NCBI GenBank assembly: GCA_052426225.1
Contig: JBNJNM010000021.1
Coordinates: 2,666,001-2,730,000 of the forward strand
Source: Zancudomyces culisetae HAW-14-8
Lineage: Eukaryota; Fungi; Kickxellomycota
Length of the DNA stretch: 64,000 bases
Direction: 5' to 3'
This document shows, one piece after another, positions 10,488 through 20,930 of the stretch. Both the position numbers and the translations under genes were made by a program. Within the stretch, counting starts at the first letter, position 1. Every line of letters begins with the position of its first letter. The notes below the pieces were generated by a model that worked only from the letters and a program-made list of their open reading frames with translations, did no database searches and had not been told where the DNA came from.

Positions 10488-13121
10488 ATGGCAAACAATG
10501 GCAAAGGTGTGGATTTTGAGCTTGTACAGAGACCTGGGTTTGGAAAAAGAGGAGGCCCGGTGCAGATACAAGCAAATTTCTATGAAATAAATAGGTTTTA
10601 TGATGGGGAAGTGTATCAGTATGACGTGGAGATTACCAGAGTTGGAGGTAAGGGAGCGAAGGAGAGCAACGGAGATTCGAAAGGTAGGAAGATTGTGGGA
10701 CGGAAATACCCAAGCAGTTTGTGTTTTAAGATTATGGATGAGCTTAAAAAAACAAAGGGGATTGTGGGGCTGGAGGAAGGTGCGTTTATCTATGATGGAT
10801 CAAAGGTAGGGTATTCGATCGCGAAGCTTAGACTTGAGGGAGGAAAGATAGAGAGTGTTGTGAGTATTCTAGAAGATGGAAGAGAGGATACTTACAAGGT
10901 GGAGATTAAAGAGGCAGCCAAGATAGATCTGGGGATACTAAAGCCATATGTAGAGGGCAGAGTGAAAGTAGATGAAAAGGTTTGGCAGTCAGCGCTTCGA
11001 GTTTTGGACATGGTGTTTAGTGACGGAATGAATAGAGGGCATGTAAAAGTAGGAAGAAGCTACTATTCGGGAGATGGAGCAGTGAATTTGGGGGAAGGGG
11101 CAGAGCTGTGGAGAGGAATATTTCAATCAGTGCGACCAGGGATGGGTAGATTGTTTGTAAATATGGACATTGCAAACACGGCATTTCTAGTGCGAGGTAA
11201 TCTAGTGGAGTTTTTGATAGAGGTGTTTGGGAACGAGAAGTTTGGAAGGATGATGCAAAAGTGTGGAGCAGAGGATATTCGAGCGTTGAAACGGATATTG
11301 AATGGACGAGTGTTGATATACAGACATCTGGGGAAGGAGAGAAAGTTGAAAGTGAAGGGAATAAGTTTGTTGGGAGCAGAGAAACTTGGATTTACATACG
11401 TAGATGAGAATACAAATGCGGAGAAGAGTACGACAGTGGCCAAGTATATGAGAGATAGGTATAAGATAGGGTTGAAGTATCCAGGGATGGTGTGTGTAGA
11501 GTTTGGAGGAGGTAGCTATATGCCGATGGAGTTGTGTGAGGTGGCAAGTGGGCAGCATTATAAAGCCAAGTTGAATGAGCGACAAACGTCAACGATGATT
11601 CGGAATACAGCACTACAGCCACGGATACGTCGGGATATGATAAACCAGCGGTTCCAGGAGTTGGAGGGAGCACGCAGAGCGGCGATGAATAAATTTAAGA
11701 TACAGGTTCAGAACCAGCCGGTGAGAATCAAGGCAAGAGTATTGCCAGCACCGGTGCTGAAGTGTGGCAAGGGGCAGGGAGAGGGAAGCGACAGGATATT
11801 TGTGGGAGGAGGAGGATGGAATTTTCGAGACAAAAAAGTGTACCAGGGAAGTGTGTTGAAGTCATGGGGAGTGGTAGTATTTGATACACAGAGAAGATGC
11901 GATACAAATGTGGTAGGGAATTTTGTTCGCACGCTAGTAACAATGTGTCAGAAGACAGGAGTAGTAATAGCAAACAAGCAGCCACCAATAGAGTACATGA
12001 ATCCGCTGGGACCGCTGGAAGACAAGCTGCAAAAGTTTTGTGGAAGAATAAGGAACGAGACAAAAGAACATCCGCAGCTACTGTTGTGTGTGCTGCAGAG
12101 CAACAGCAGCGAGGTGTACAGCCGGGTGAAACGAGTAATGTATGTGGGGGTAGGAGTCAACTCACAGTGTGTGCTGTCGAAACATGTAGTCAGACCATCA
12201 CCGCAGTACTGTGCCAATGTGTGTCTCAAGATCAACATGAAGCTGGGCGGACTAACCAGCGTTGTTAATGCACAGGAAACCAATTTGCCACGCGTCTGCT
12301 CGGCACCAACTATAGTGATTGGCGCAGACGTCACCCATCCAGGCGTGCAGGAAACAAACCGACCTAGCATTGCAGCTGTTGTGGCATCGGTCGACCGCAA
12401 CTTTGGACGGTACCAAGCAATGGTGGCACAGCAGCCGGCGCGAATGGAAATTATCCAAGACCTCAAGGGAATGCTGATTACGCTTTTGAACAGTTGCAGG
12501 ACTGGTATCAAGGCAGTTCCAATGCAAGTGGTATTCTACCGCGATGGTGTTAGTGAGGGTCAATTCAATGAAGTTATGGCCCATGAAGTCAAGGCAATCA
12601 ACGAAGCGTATGCTCACTACAATTCTGCTCTTAAACCCAAAATCACCTTTGTCATCGTTGCCAAACGCCACCACACCCGCCTTTTCCCTGCAAACAATGA
12701 GGCTGCCGAACGCACTGGTAACTGTCTGCCTGGCACTGTTGTCGATACCACCATCGTCCACCCCCATCGCTTTGATTTCTATCTCCAGTCTCACTCCGGC
12801 CTTCAGGGAACTGCTAAACCTCTTCTCTACACTGTTTTGCGTGATGACATTGGCTTTACTCCCGATGATCTGCAGTCTGTTTCCTTCAGTCTCTGTCACA
12901 TGTATTCTATTGCCACAAAATCTGTCAGTCTTGTCACCCCCGCCTATTTCGCCCATCGTGTTGCCTTCCGTGCCCGTTCTCATACCTCTGAATCCTGGTC
13001 ATTTGATGCCTCCGATACTGCCTCCTCAATCTCTGGCTCCGACTCTTCTCACCCCTTTACTCATGAATCTAAACTACTTCCTGTCCATCCAAACCTTAGA
13101 CATCATATGTACTTTATGTAG
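10488..13121 (+). CDS. AGO: Argonaute (N-L1-PAZ-L2-MID-PIWI), intronless
   Basis: RPGFGKRG..ANFY, YMPMELC, NVCLKINMKLGG, GADVTHP, YRDGVSEGQF, KRHHTR, SHSGLQGT and PAYFAH motifs. The D-E-D-H tetrad is present. Confidence 0.97.
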   Translation: MANNGKGVDFELVQRPGFGKRGGPVQIQANFYEINRFYDGEVYQYDVEITRVGGKGAKESNGDSKGRKIVGRKYPSSLCFKIMDELKKTKGIVGLEEGAFIYDGSKVGYSIAKLRLEGGKIESVVSILEDGREDTYKVEIKEAAKIDLGILKPYVEGRVKVDEKVWQSALRVLDMVFSDGMNRGHVKVGRSYYSGDGAVNLGEGAELWRGIFQSVRPGMGRLFVNMDIANTAFLVRGNLVEFLIEVFGNEKFGRMMQKCGAEDIRALKRILNGRVLIYRHLGKERKLKVKGISLLGAEKLGFTYVDENTNAEKSTTVAKYMRDRYKIGLKYPGMVCVEFGGGSYMPMELCEVASGQHYKAKLNERQTSTMIRNTALQPRIRRDMINQRFQELEGARRAAMNKFKIQVQNQPVRIKARVLPAPVLKCGKGQGEGSDRIFVGGGGWNFRDKKVYQGSVLKSWGVVVFDTQRRCDTNVVGNFVRTLVTMCQKTGVVIANKQPPIEYMNPLGPLEDKLQKFCGRIRNETKEHPQLLLCVLQSNSSEVYSRVKRVMYVGVGVNSQCVLSKHVVRPSPQYCANVCLKINMKLGGLTSVVNAQETNLPRVCSAPTIVIGADVTHPGVQETNRPSIAAVVASVDRNFGRYQAMVAQQPARMEIIQDLKGMLITLLNSCRTGIKAVPMQVVFYRDGVSEGQFNEVMAHEVKAINEAYAHYNSALKPKITFVIVAKRHHTRLFPANNEAAERTGNCLPGTVVDTTIVHPHRFDFYLQSHSGLQGTAKPLLYTVLRDDIGFTPDDLQSVSFSLCHMYSIATKSVSLVTPAYFAHRVAFRARSHTSESWSFDASDTASSISGSDSSHPFTHESKLLPVHPNLRHHMYFM

Positions 13122-13272
13122 TCTTTTTCTTTTTCTTTTCCTTTCTTTACTCTGTTTATTTCTCTCTTTCTTTCTTCTTTTTTCTTGTAAAAACAAAAAA
13201 AAAATAATTCATAAACCTAAAACCCTGATATATATTATAAAATTAAAAAAAGAAAATTAAAAAAACAAAAAC

Positions 13273-13779
13273 CTACACATAATATTCACCAAATGTGTTC
13301 TCTCCTGAATATGTAACATACAAAAACCCGTCATCATCCTTGTGTTCGTCATACACTGCCGACATAAGTGCTGCTGTTGGTGGCAGCACCTCATTGACAA
13401 AGATAAATATGGCCTTCTCCGGACTGAGTTTGATTCGTTTTCTAATCACATATACAAATTGCCCTACTGTCAAGTCTGCTGGTACCAAATATTTCTTTTT
13501 ATCAATGTTTGCAATCTCGCTCTTTTCAACCTTTTCGCAGATTACCGGAATACGATCTGGGTATTTTTGACGAATACGTTCGGCCTCTGCCTTGCGTTTG
13601 TCTATTTTTATTTTTTAATCAATTAGATACTCTTGTATAAACACTCTTCTCTTGTATATTATCCCAACTATACATATTCATAGTTATACTTTTTCTGTTT
13701 CCAAAATGCATAAAAAACTAGTTTTTTGTGAGAATAAACACTTACCAAATGGATGTTCGTCCTTGAATTTCGACCTCAT
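13273..13779 (-). CDS. ATG8: Autophagy ubiquitin-like protein Atg8, 2 exons (13779-13746, 13601-13273), 120 aa
   Basis: [35 protein letters not shown]...[14 protein letters not shown]...YSGENTFG|EYYV, with a GTAAGT...TAG intron. Confidence 0.97.
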
Positions 13780-14468
13780 TTTGTATTTTTATTCTATAGT
13801 ATTTTCCCCTCCTGATTATCTATCTAGTAGTACGTCCCGTTTAAACCGGCCTTTTCTTGCTTTTCTTTAAGATTATTACTGAAATGTTTTACTTGTGAAT
13901 TTCCAAATTTAAATCCTAGTGGCTATTCCTAATCGTTTCTATATGTTACAAAATTTCAATTCTTGTTTTACTTTATGTTGCTGTTTGAGTAATATATTTC
14001 CTCGCTGTTTATTCTAAAATATACTTGCACTTTATTAAGCAAAGTTTTTTTTTTACTTTTATAAACAGGGCTCTTTTTTTTTAATTTGTTTTTTTTTTCT
14101 ATTTTAAATGAACAAAATTGTGGAAAACATAAACCAAATTACGGAAATTAGAAAATTAAAATGTACTCAAATTATTAAGCATTTGTAATATTTATTTCTT
14201 GTGAATTTTTATTTATTTGAATTGTTTAACGGGATTATTTATTTGCCTTTTTTTCATTTTCGATTTCTTTGCTAAATAAATAAAGTTTAAAGCAAAATGC
14301 CTAATTGTAAAAAATAATTAATTAATTAATTAAAGCATTATTATTATTCTCATTACCACTAGAGGAAACCAACCTTTTCATTATTATTGTTGTTATTATT
14401 ACTATTATTATTACATATGGATAAAGAAAAGAAAAGTAAAAAGAAAAGGAGATGTAGAGAAGAGAGGT

Positions 14469-14518
14469 GATGCAATGCAATGCGACGAGATGGGGTGGGA
14501 TAGGATGGGATGAGATAG
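14469..14518 (-). repeat. (CATCY)n-type pentamer tract upstream of ATG8
   Basis: Plus strand gagatggggtgggataggatgggatgagatag; the reverse complement resembles the tract at 9183-9236. Confidence 0.6.
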
Positions 14519-16387
14519 TGAATTTCGTATTTTTTTCTATTTTTTTTTCTTTTTGCTCCGTGACCATTAAATTATAGCTCAGATGTTTGAAATGTGAAAT
14601 ATACTTGTGCTTTTAAAGTGAAGGTGATGTCAATCAATGTGAACTGATGGATTCAAGGGTGAAGGGTACGAGAGTAGGATGTGGAAACAAGTAGTGATGA
14701 AGAAAATGAAGAAAATGGAGAAGTGGAGGGAGTGGTCAGGGCAGCTTTTTTTTTTTGTAACTTTTATAATAGTATTAATGTTGGATAATTTGCATTTATT
14801 TCTCCGCCCCGCCCCCCTTTAACAAAGCTGGTAAAAATATAGGATGTTAGAGTGTGGTGTAGATGAATTTTATATCCTTCAATTTAACGAATAAAGTGGT
14901 GGTCACGGGCCTTTCTTATTTTTATTTTTTTTAGCGCATACGTTTACAAGCTGCACCAATATAGAATGTGTAATCTGTTTGTTTTTTAATTATTGAATTG
15001 ACTATAAATGCACAAAATAAACTTTTCTTGGCAAAATTAATGCATAAAAAACACAAAACTTTTATATCCTTGAGTTCTTCAAATGCTTTTCTGTTAATAC
15101 CTCTTTTTTAGTTGGTATGCTTTAATGAGTGGAGAAAAGGGAGAAGAAAGAAACCGAGTTAAATGAACCAAAGATTCCAGTTTAATGTGCCCTAATACAG
15201 TTGAGGCACACTCCCCCCCTCCCTCCCACCATATTATTTCCTAGGCGCAAACGTAAACACACAAACACAATAGCAGATCATGACGACTACACTTTACTAT
15301 TTTGTTACTTTGTTTTCCTATTTCGGTTTACATTCACAACTTGATTTGCTAATACGCGCGTGTCTAGCCATATTATCTGCTATATTTGCGTATATATGTG
15401 CTATATGCTAAACGTACACATACCAATTAGTATACCTCAAACACCTTTTATCTTTTACTTTTACTTTTACTTTTTCAAGAGAAAAATATATATAAATTCA
15501 CTCTGACTTCACTCACAAGACATTGTGGTAGTAGCTGGTAATACGTGGCCCAGTGTTTCCATAATACATACATTCTTCCTCCCCCCTCCTTTTTATTATT
15601 ATTATTATTCTTTTTATTTTGATCAGTATTTACAAAAATCTAGCTTCCCACACTTACACATACAAACTAGTCATGCTGTTTCAAACCATTTTTGTATGTT
15701 CTACAAACATTATTCTAATATGATACATGTGCATTACCAATTTCCCATTAATCCAAGCTCTTTTTCCCTCTTTTCTCCTACACATCCCTCCTCTCTCCTC
15801 CATTTCTCATTCATGTAAACAAAGGTTAGTCACATGGACTTGTGCTACGGTTTTTTGAGTGACCTTGTTTGTTTCATTTTTTCCGCCATATTTTTCTTTT
15901 TGCATATAGCTGCTTAATTTTCAAATACATTACCAACCTATTAAAAAACTTCAAAATACAAACAAATTAAACCTAAATCTCATTTTGCTCTGGCCTCTTT
16001 GCTGCGACATTTAATTGGATCACCAGCAAGGAAAAAAAAAGTGGTTATAATAGATACAAGTTTGTTCATGTGATCAATGAAGCCGCTAGCCAGTGAAAAA
16101 AAAGTCACGTTTATTTTTTGTTTATGTGCCCTGTTTTTTTTTCTTTCTTACAAAGAGGCAATAGTAATAGCAGCAATACAACATGGAAACAAATAAAATA
16201 TATTTTTTTTGTAAGCGTTTCAAAGCTATGCTCAATCACATGCTTAATACAGCTTTCACGTTATCCACTTCTGTTCTCAAAGGTACATACACTTAATACA
16301 CAAAAGTACAAAACAAAAACAAACTACAAACCACAAACCACAAACCACAAAAATAATCGCCCTCACAAAAAAAATAACCTATTTTTT

Positions 16388-17621
16388 TCATTCAACTTCA
16401 GCAAGGTCCAGCTCAGTTGGTAACCAAAGTTTCAACCTATACGCTTCCTGGCCATCCAAATAGTACTTGTGTAGTTTTTTTTTCCCGAATAAATCCAAAT
16501 TTCTGGTATAGCCGCAAGGCCAGGTCGTTGTTTTGTTCGGTTTCCAGCACAATTTCGTTTGCTCCCAGTACTTTTAGTACTGCAATGGTCAGTTTGACAA
16601 GAGTCGATCCGATTCCCAAGTTTCGATATGTTGTATCGATAGCTAACATGGCAATATATCCTCGCATCAACCTTTTGGTATCGGTATTAGCTTTTGGTAA
16701 ATAGTAGCTGTGGCCATCCCCACTTGCTGTGCTGATACCACCTGCCATTGACATTCCCATTGCCGTTGCCTCCATGTTTCTGCCAGAGCTATTGCTGTCA
16801 GGGTGAAACAAAAAGTGTCGCTCATTGATTGTAAATCCAGCCCCGTTACCGTGATAGCCACCGCTGGTGTCATCACCCATATTCTCACTTAAGTCATTCC
16901 CGCCAGCAGTTACACACTCACGCACCGAGATACTGTTGTTGTGGCGGTGTGGTTCTAGCCTGGAAATAATCACCCCAACACAAACCTCCTCCTCGCTTTC
17001 CGCTTGCCTTTCATTCTCATTTTCGTTTCCAGACATAGCCGTTGATTTTTCCACTTTTGCATACGCTAAATAAAACAAGTGTGGCCAATTACATATAAAA
17101 TATTTGTATGTATAAATTGAATATGGCTCCGGTAATAGTCGTTCAATGAGATCCACAGCATCAGATAGGAATTTCTCTTGCATCTCATTATTCTTGTGTT
17201 GCTGGCTAGTACCATCTACAAAATCGTAATAGCTTTTGTATGTGATCTTGATTCTATGTGCTGTATCTCCTTTTTCTGTTGCTGAGATCCCATGTTGAGC
17301 AGTTGAGCTTTGTTCTGCCTCAGATTTCAACCTGGACTTTGCCTCTTTCAGTTCTTGCTCCTGCTTATCCCCCTTCCCCTTTAATTTTGATTCGGAATCT
17401 AAAACCGAGACTTTTTTCATCCCTTCTTTTGCAGCTACTAAAGTACCGCGATCTCTACTCTCATTGTTGATTGCAACTAAAATCTCATTTATTTGTTTGC
17501 TAATTGAAGGTAAAAGTTGGATATCGGAACCATCTACATATCTGAAATTGCGGTTTTGTATTGCTCTCGAGGTCATATTTGCTTGGATATTGCCTGCATT
17601 TGGCCCCTTGCCTATCTCCAT
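16388..17621 (-). CDS. MAK3: N-terminal acetyltransferase NatC catalytic subunit (Mak3/Naa30); +1 frameshift in an A9 run near the 3' end
   Basis: LPEPYSIYTYKYFICNWPHL, RGYIAMLAID..YRNLGIG and EIVLETE..N..ALRLYQKFGF motifs. Removing one A at 16475-16483 restores the conserved ending REKKLHKYYLDGQEAYRLKLWL, with a stop at 16390-16388. Confidence 0.9.
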
Positions 17622-19258
17622 ATCTCTATTATTTGGATTTTGTAAATTTTGTGAATTTCGTTTTCTCTGTCTACTCGTGTCAACCTTTTAATTATCAATT
17701 TCTTATATTTTTGCCCCTCCCATCCTCCAGTCGATTAGGTGAATTAAAAAATTTTAAACAAGCCAATCCTAAATCCTGGCCCAGAGGAAAAAAAATATCA
17801 GTGGTATATCAAAAGATACTTCAGAGTTGTAATAAATATGTCAAACCTTGATTCCCTTTTAACCGTATTCCATTATACTTTGGAGGGCCTGTTATATCCA
17901 TCATAAAAAAAAGAATAAATGGTACAAAGGTCAAAAAAAAAGCTAAGCCGTAGTGTAACAGGCAAAGATGTAGTCTTTGAGGTGAAAAAGGCAGCCATAC
18001 ATTAGTGGGCGCTAACTTTAATCTTTTAGTGGACCTAACGAAAAAAAACAATAAGGGATCAAAAAAAGCGAATATTTCAATAAAAATGCTAGTTAAATTC
18101 AAAAGGTCTTAGAACTGCACAAGCTACACATTTTACTCATTAAACACGCTTATATTCCATCATTGTCACTATAAAAACCATGATAACTGTTCTATGTGTA
18201 TACACCAAGTATGCAACATCGGTTAGCCGACCAACCGGTTTATCATGCAATATCTGTACTACGAGTTTATCTAGCTGGTTTGACAAGTTTCAAATAGTAT
18301 TTAGTGACAAAAAAAACAGTAAAATCTGAAGATATATGGTAATGCAGCTTTTAATCAAGTAAACCAAAATTGAATAGTTTCCTGCCACAACCAATACAAC
18401 GCTAACTTACCACACCTTGAGCGGAATAAAATGTGAGTGGGGGGGGATACTAAACAATCAACAAGCATGTACGGGCATTTCCAAATGCTGCAAATACATG
18501 CTTGATTTTCATGCCTTTTTGCATTTAAACAAGAGCAACACAAAGTATCAATTATAGATAATGGTAGTCACTATTTCAAGATATCTTGGTTAAATGAGGT
18601 TGTTTTTTTTTTTAGTGAGCGTTTTTGTTTGCGTTAATATGCCAACACTTGTCAAAGAAAAATGTGTGTATATTATTTGTCTGTAAAATTAGAACTGTTA
18701 TCGTTTATACTCTTATTTTTCAACCAACCAACCATCACTGATGAATTTTAGCGTTTTTATTTTCCTAAAAAAGAATACTAATAAGATCAAATAGACAAAA
18801 ATAACGCAGAATTTGGGGAGTGTGGAGTGTGAGTGTGTTCCTTTTTTAGAGGAACCAAACATGGGATCAGCTTCTAAAAGAAAGCACGTATAAAAAGTAC
18901 AAGTAACAATCAGAAGACTGATTAGATTTAGAATGAGCAGTTGCCCTGTAATGATCTTTCTTTTCTGTGTCACAGAAACGTGTGTATATATATACTCAAA
19001 AAAACTGCTTGTGGGCCTTTACGGATATTTTTAGTTTACGTTCAACATTGCCCTTTCGCTACTTACTACACATTGGCATATTCACGCTCAAAAATCTATA
19101 GTTATATTCGCTCGGCAATTGTTTGTATTGTTCTAAAAAGAGTAATAAGCCCAATATTCATGTAGTTCTTACTTTTATCAATTTGGATTATTTGTACTAA
19201 AAAAAAAGCTTAGCATTACTTTCTTGGAAAGTGCCCAAAAAAAATTTCACAAATTAGT

Positions 19259-19272
19259 GGGGGGGGGGGGGG
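19259..19272 (+). repeat. Poly-G tract (G14) upstream of SFT2
   Basis: Direct read. Confidence 0.85.
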
Positions 19273-19536
19273 TCATCTGAAAAGCTTAAATTGGTAGGAG
19301 TTTGAATTGCTTAGATGCGTTGAAGAAAAAAAAACATATTGTTCCATTTTTTTTTCGAATTACAGTACCATTAAACTTTTAATTGTTTCTATAATTTGTA
19401 TTTATATTCATATTTCCAGGCTATAATCTCGATTTAAAGAAAGCCCAAAAATCAAGGAAAAGGTTCTAACTACAGTAGAGCTAGATAAATTTGACTTGCT
19501 GAAACAAAAAGATAAACTAGAAAAAAAACGAGAAAA

Positions 19537-20637
19537 ATGTCGTTACCATTCAATGTAAGACAATTGCGAGACGAGAGCGGACTTGGGGATCCGATGGGAT
19601 CTGATCCAGGGATGTTTGGGCTGTCTAGAACCGAGAGACTATATGCTTTTGGAGCATGTATTATTACAGGATTCGTGCTTGCGATGCTGGTAACAAACAA
19701 TAAACAGTTTTCATAGCTAACAGTTGATTCTCTATTTTTGTTAGCGGTAGTTTGCTGGTGCAAACACAGATTAAAATATTGAAATTTACTGGAAATAGGG
19801 TGCGTTGCTTATATTTACGGACAATATTACCGGATTTGCAATCACTTATACAATCGGTAATTTACTGGCCATGTTTAGGTATGTATACATATCAGAGCTC
19901 TTATGCTTCAGCGATATTTTCTAAAGCCTGTGCTTTTTGTTTTTTTTATTACGTGTTTGTGTGTGTAAGTTTATAATTATATGTTGTAAAGTTTTGAGAC
20001 TTATACAAAGTTGAATATATCAATAGTTTGGGCTTCTTGGTTGGGTTTAAGAGACAAATGAAAATGGCTTTTGCACCAGGTTAGTATACAGTTAAACTTA
20101 CAATTATGTATAATACAAAATATGATAATTCGATGATGGAAATAACAATAAAAAATAATAAACATTTAATTATAGTGCGGCTGGTGGCAGGAATAATATA
20201 CTTGGGACTAATGGTGCTGACGTTGGTTGTCGGGTTGACCGTAAGTATTACGTTTACTTTTAAGGGTTATTGATGTAATGTTGAATCAATTGAAGTGAAT
20301 ACGTCGTGGTGGGTACAATCAGACAAATACTTATTGATATGGAATGCCAATAATGTATATGAACATATAGGTGGGAGTTCCGGTATTATGTTTGATACTA
20401 GTAATAATACAATTTTGCTCATTGGTGTGGTATGCAGCGAGTTATATTCCATTTGGAAGGTAATGTCATTTACAAGATTCTCTGTTAGATCATTTTTAAT
20501 ATTTGCAAATGAAGGTTTACACGTCTTGTATAATTCTAAAATTTATTATTGGCAGCATTGAGTACCAACAAATTTAATGGCTAATTTATAATAGGAACAT
20601 GATCAAATCTATGTGCGGATCGCTAGTTGAGCTCTAG
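19537..20637 (+). CDS. SFT2: Vesicle transport protein Sft2/Got1 family (SFT2D-like), 6 exons (19537-19689, 19799-19878, 20027-20079, 20176-20240, 20371-20459, 20595-20637), 160 aa
   Basis: Manually spliced through five GT-AG introns with consistent phases: MSLPF...FGLSRTERLYAFGACIITGFVLAML/GALLIF..FAITYTIGNLLAMFS/LGFLVGFKRQMKMAFAP/VRLVAGIIY../..IQFCSLVWYAASYIPFGR/NMIKSMCGSLVEL*. Confidence 0.92.
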
Positions 20638-20930
20638 ATAGACAGAATAAAACAATATTTCTTGCGAAAAGGGCTATTCAAAGACACCTGTCTTTCAGAT
20701 TCTTGCCAAAGCAAAACATAAAAGCACTTGACCACAATTTTTGATTTGTATTGATATTAATGTTTTATATCATTATTTTATACAATTTACTAAAACAGAA
20801 AAAATTTGATTAAATAAAGCAACCCAAGTATTTTGATAGCTCATCCATCACCTAACAGAAATCGCAAGTGGATAGTAAAAGCGTTTCAAAAACCATTACA
20901 CAAAATTGAAAAAATACATAGTATGAAACT

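Noticed and set aside
11123-13260. Several 100-240 aa alternative-frame and antisense ORFs over Argonaute
   Set aside because: Shadow ORFs caused by the strong codon skew; no recognisable domains
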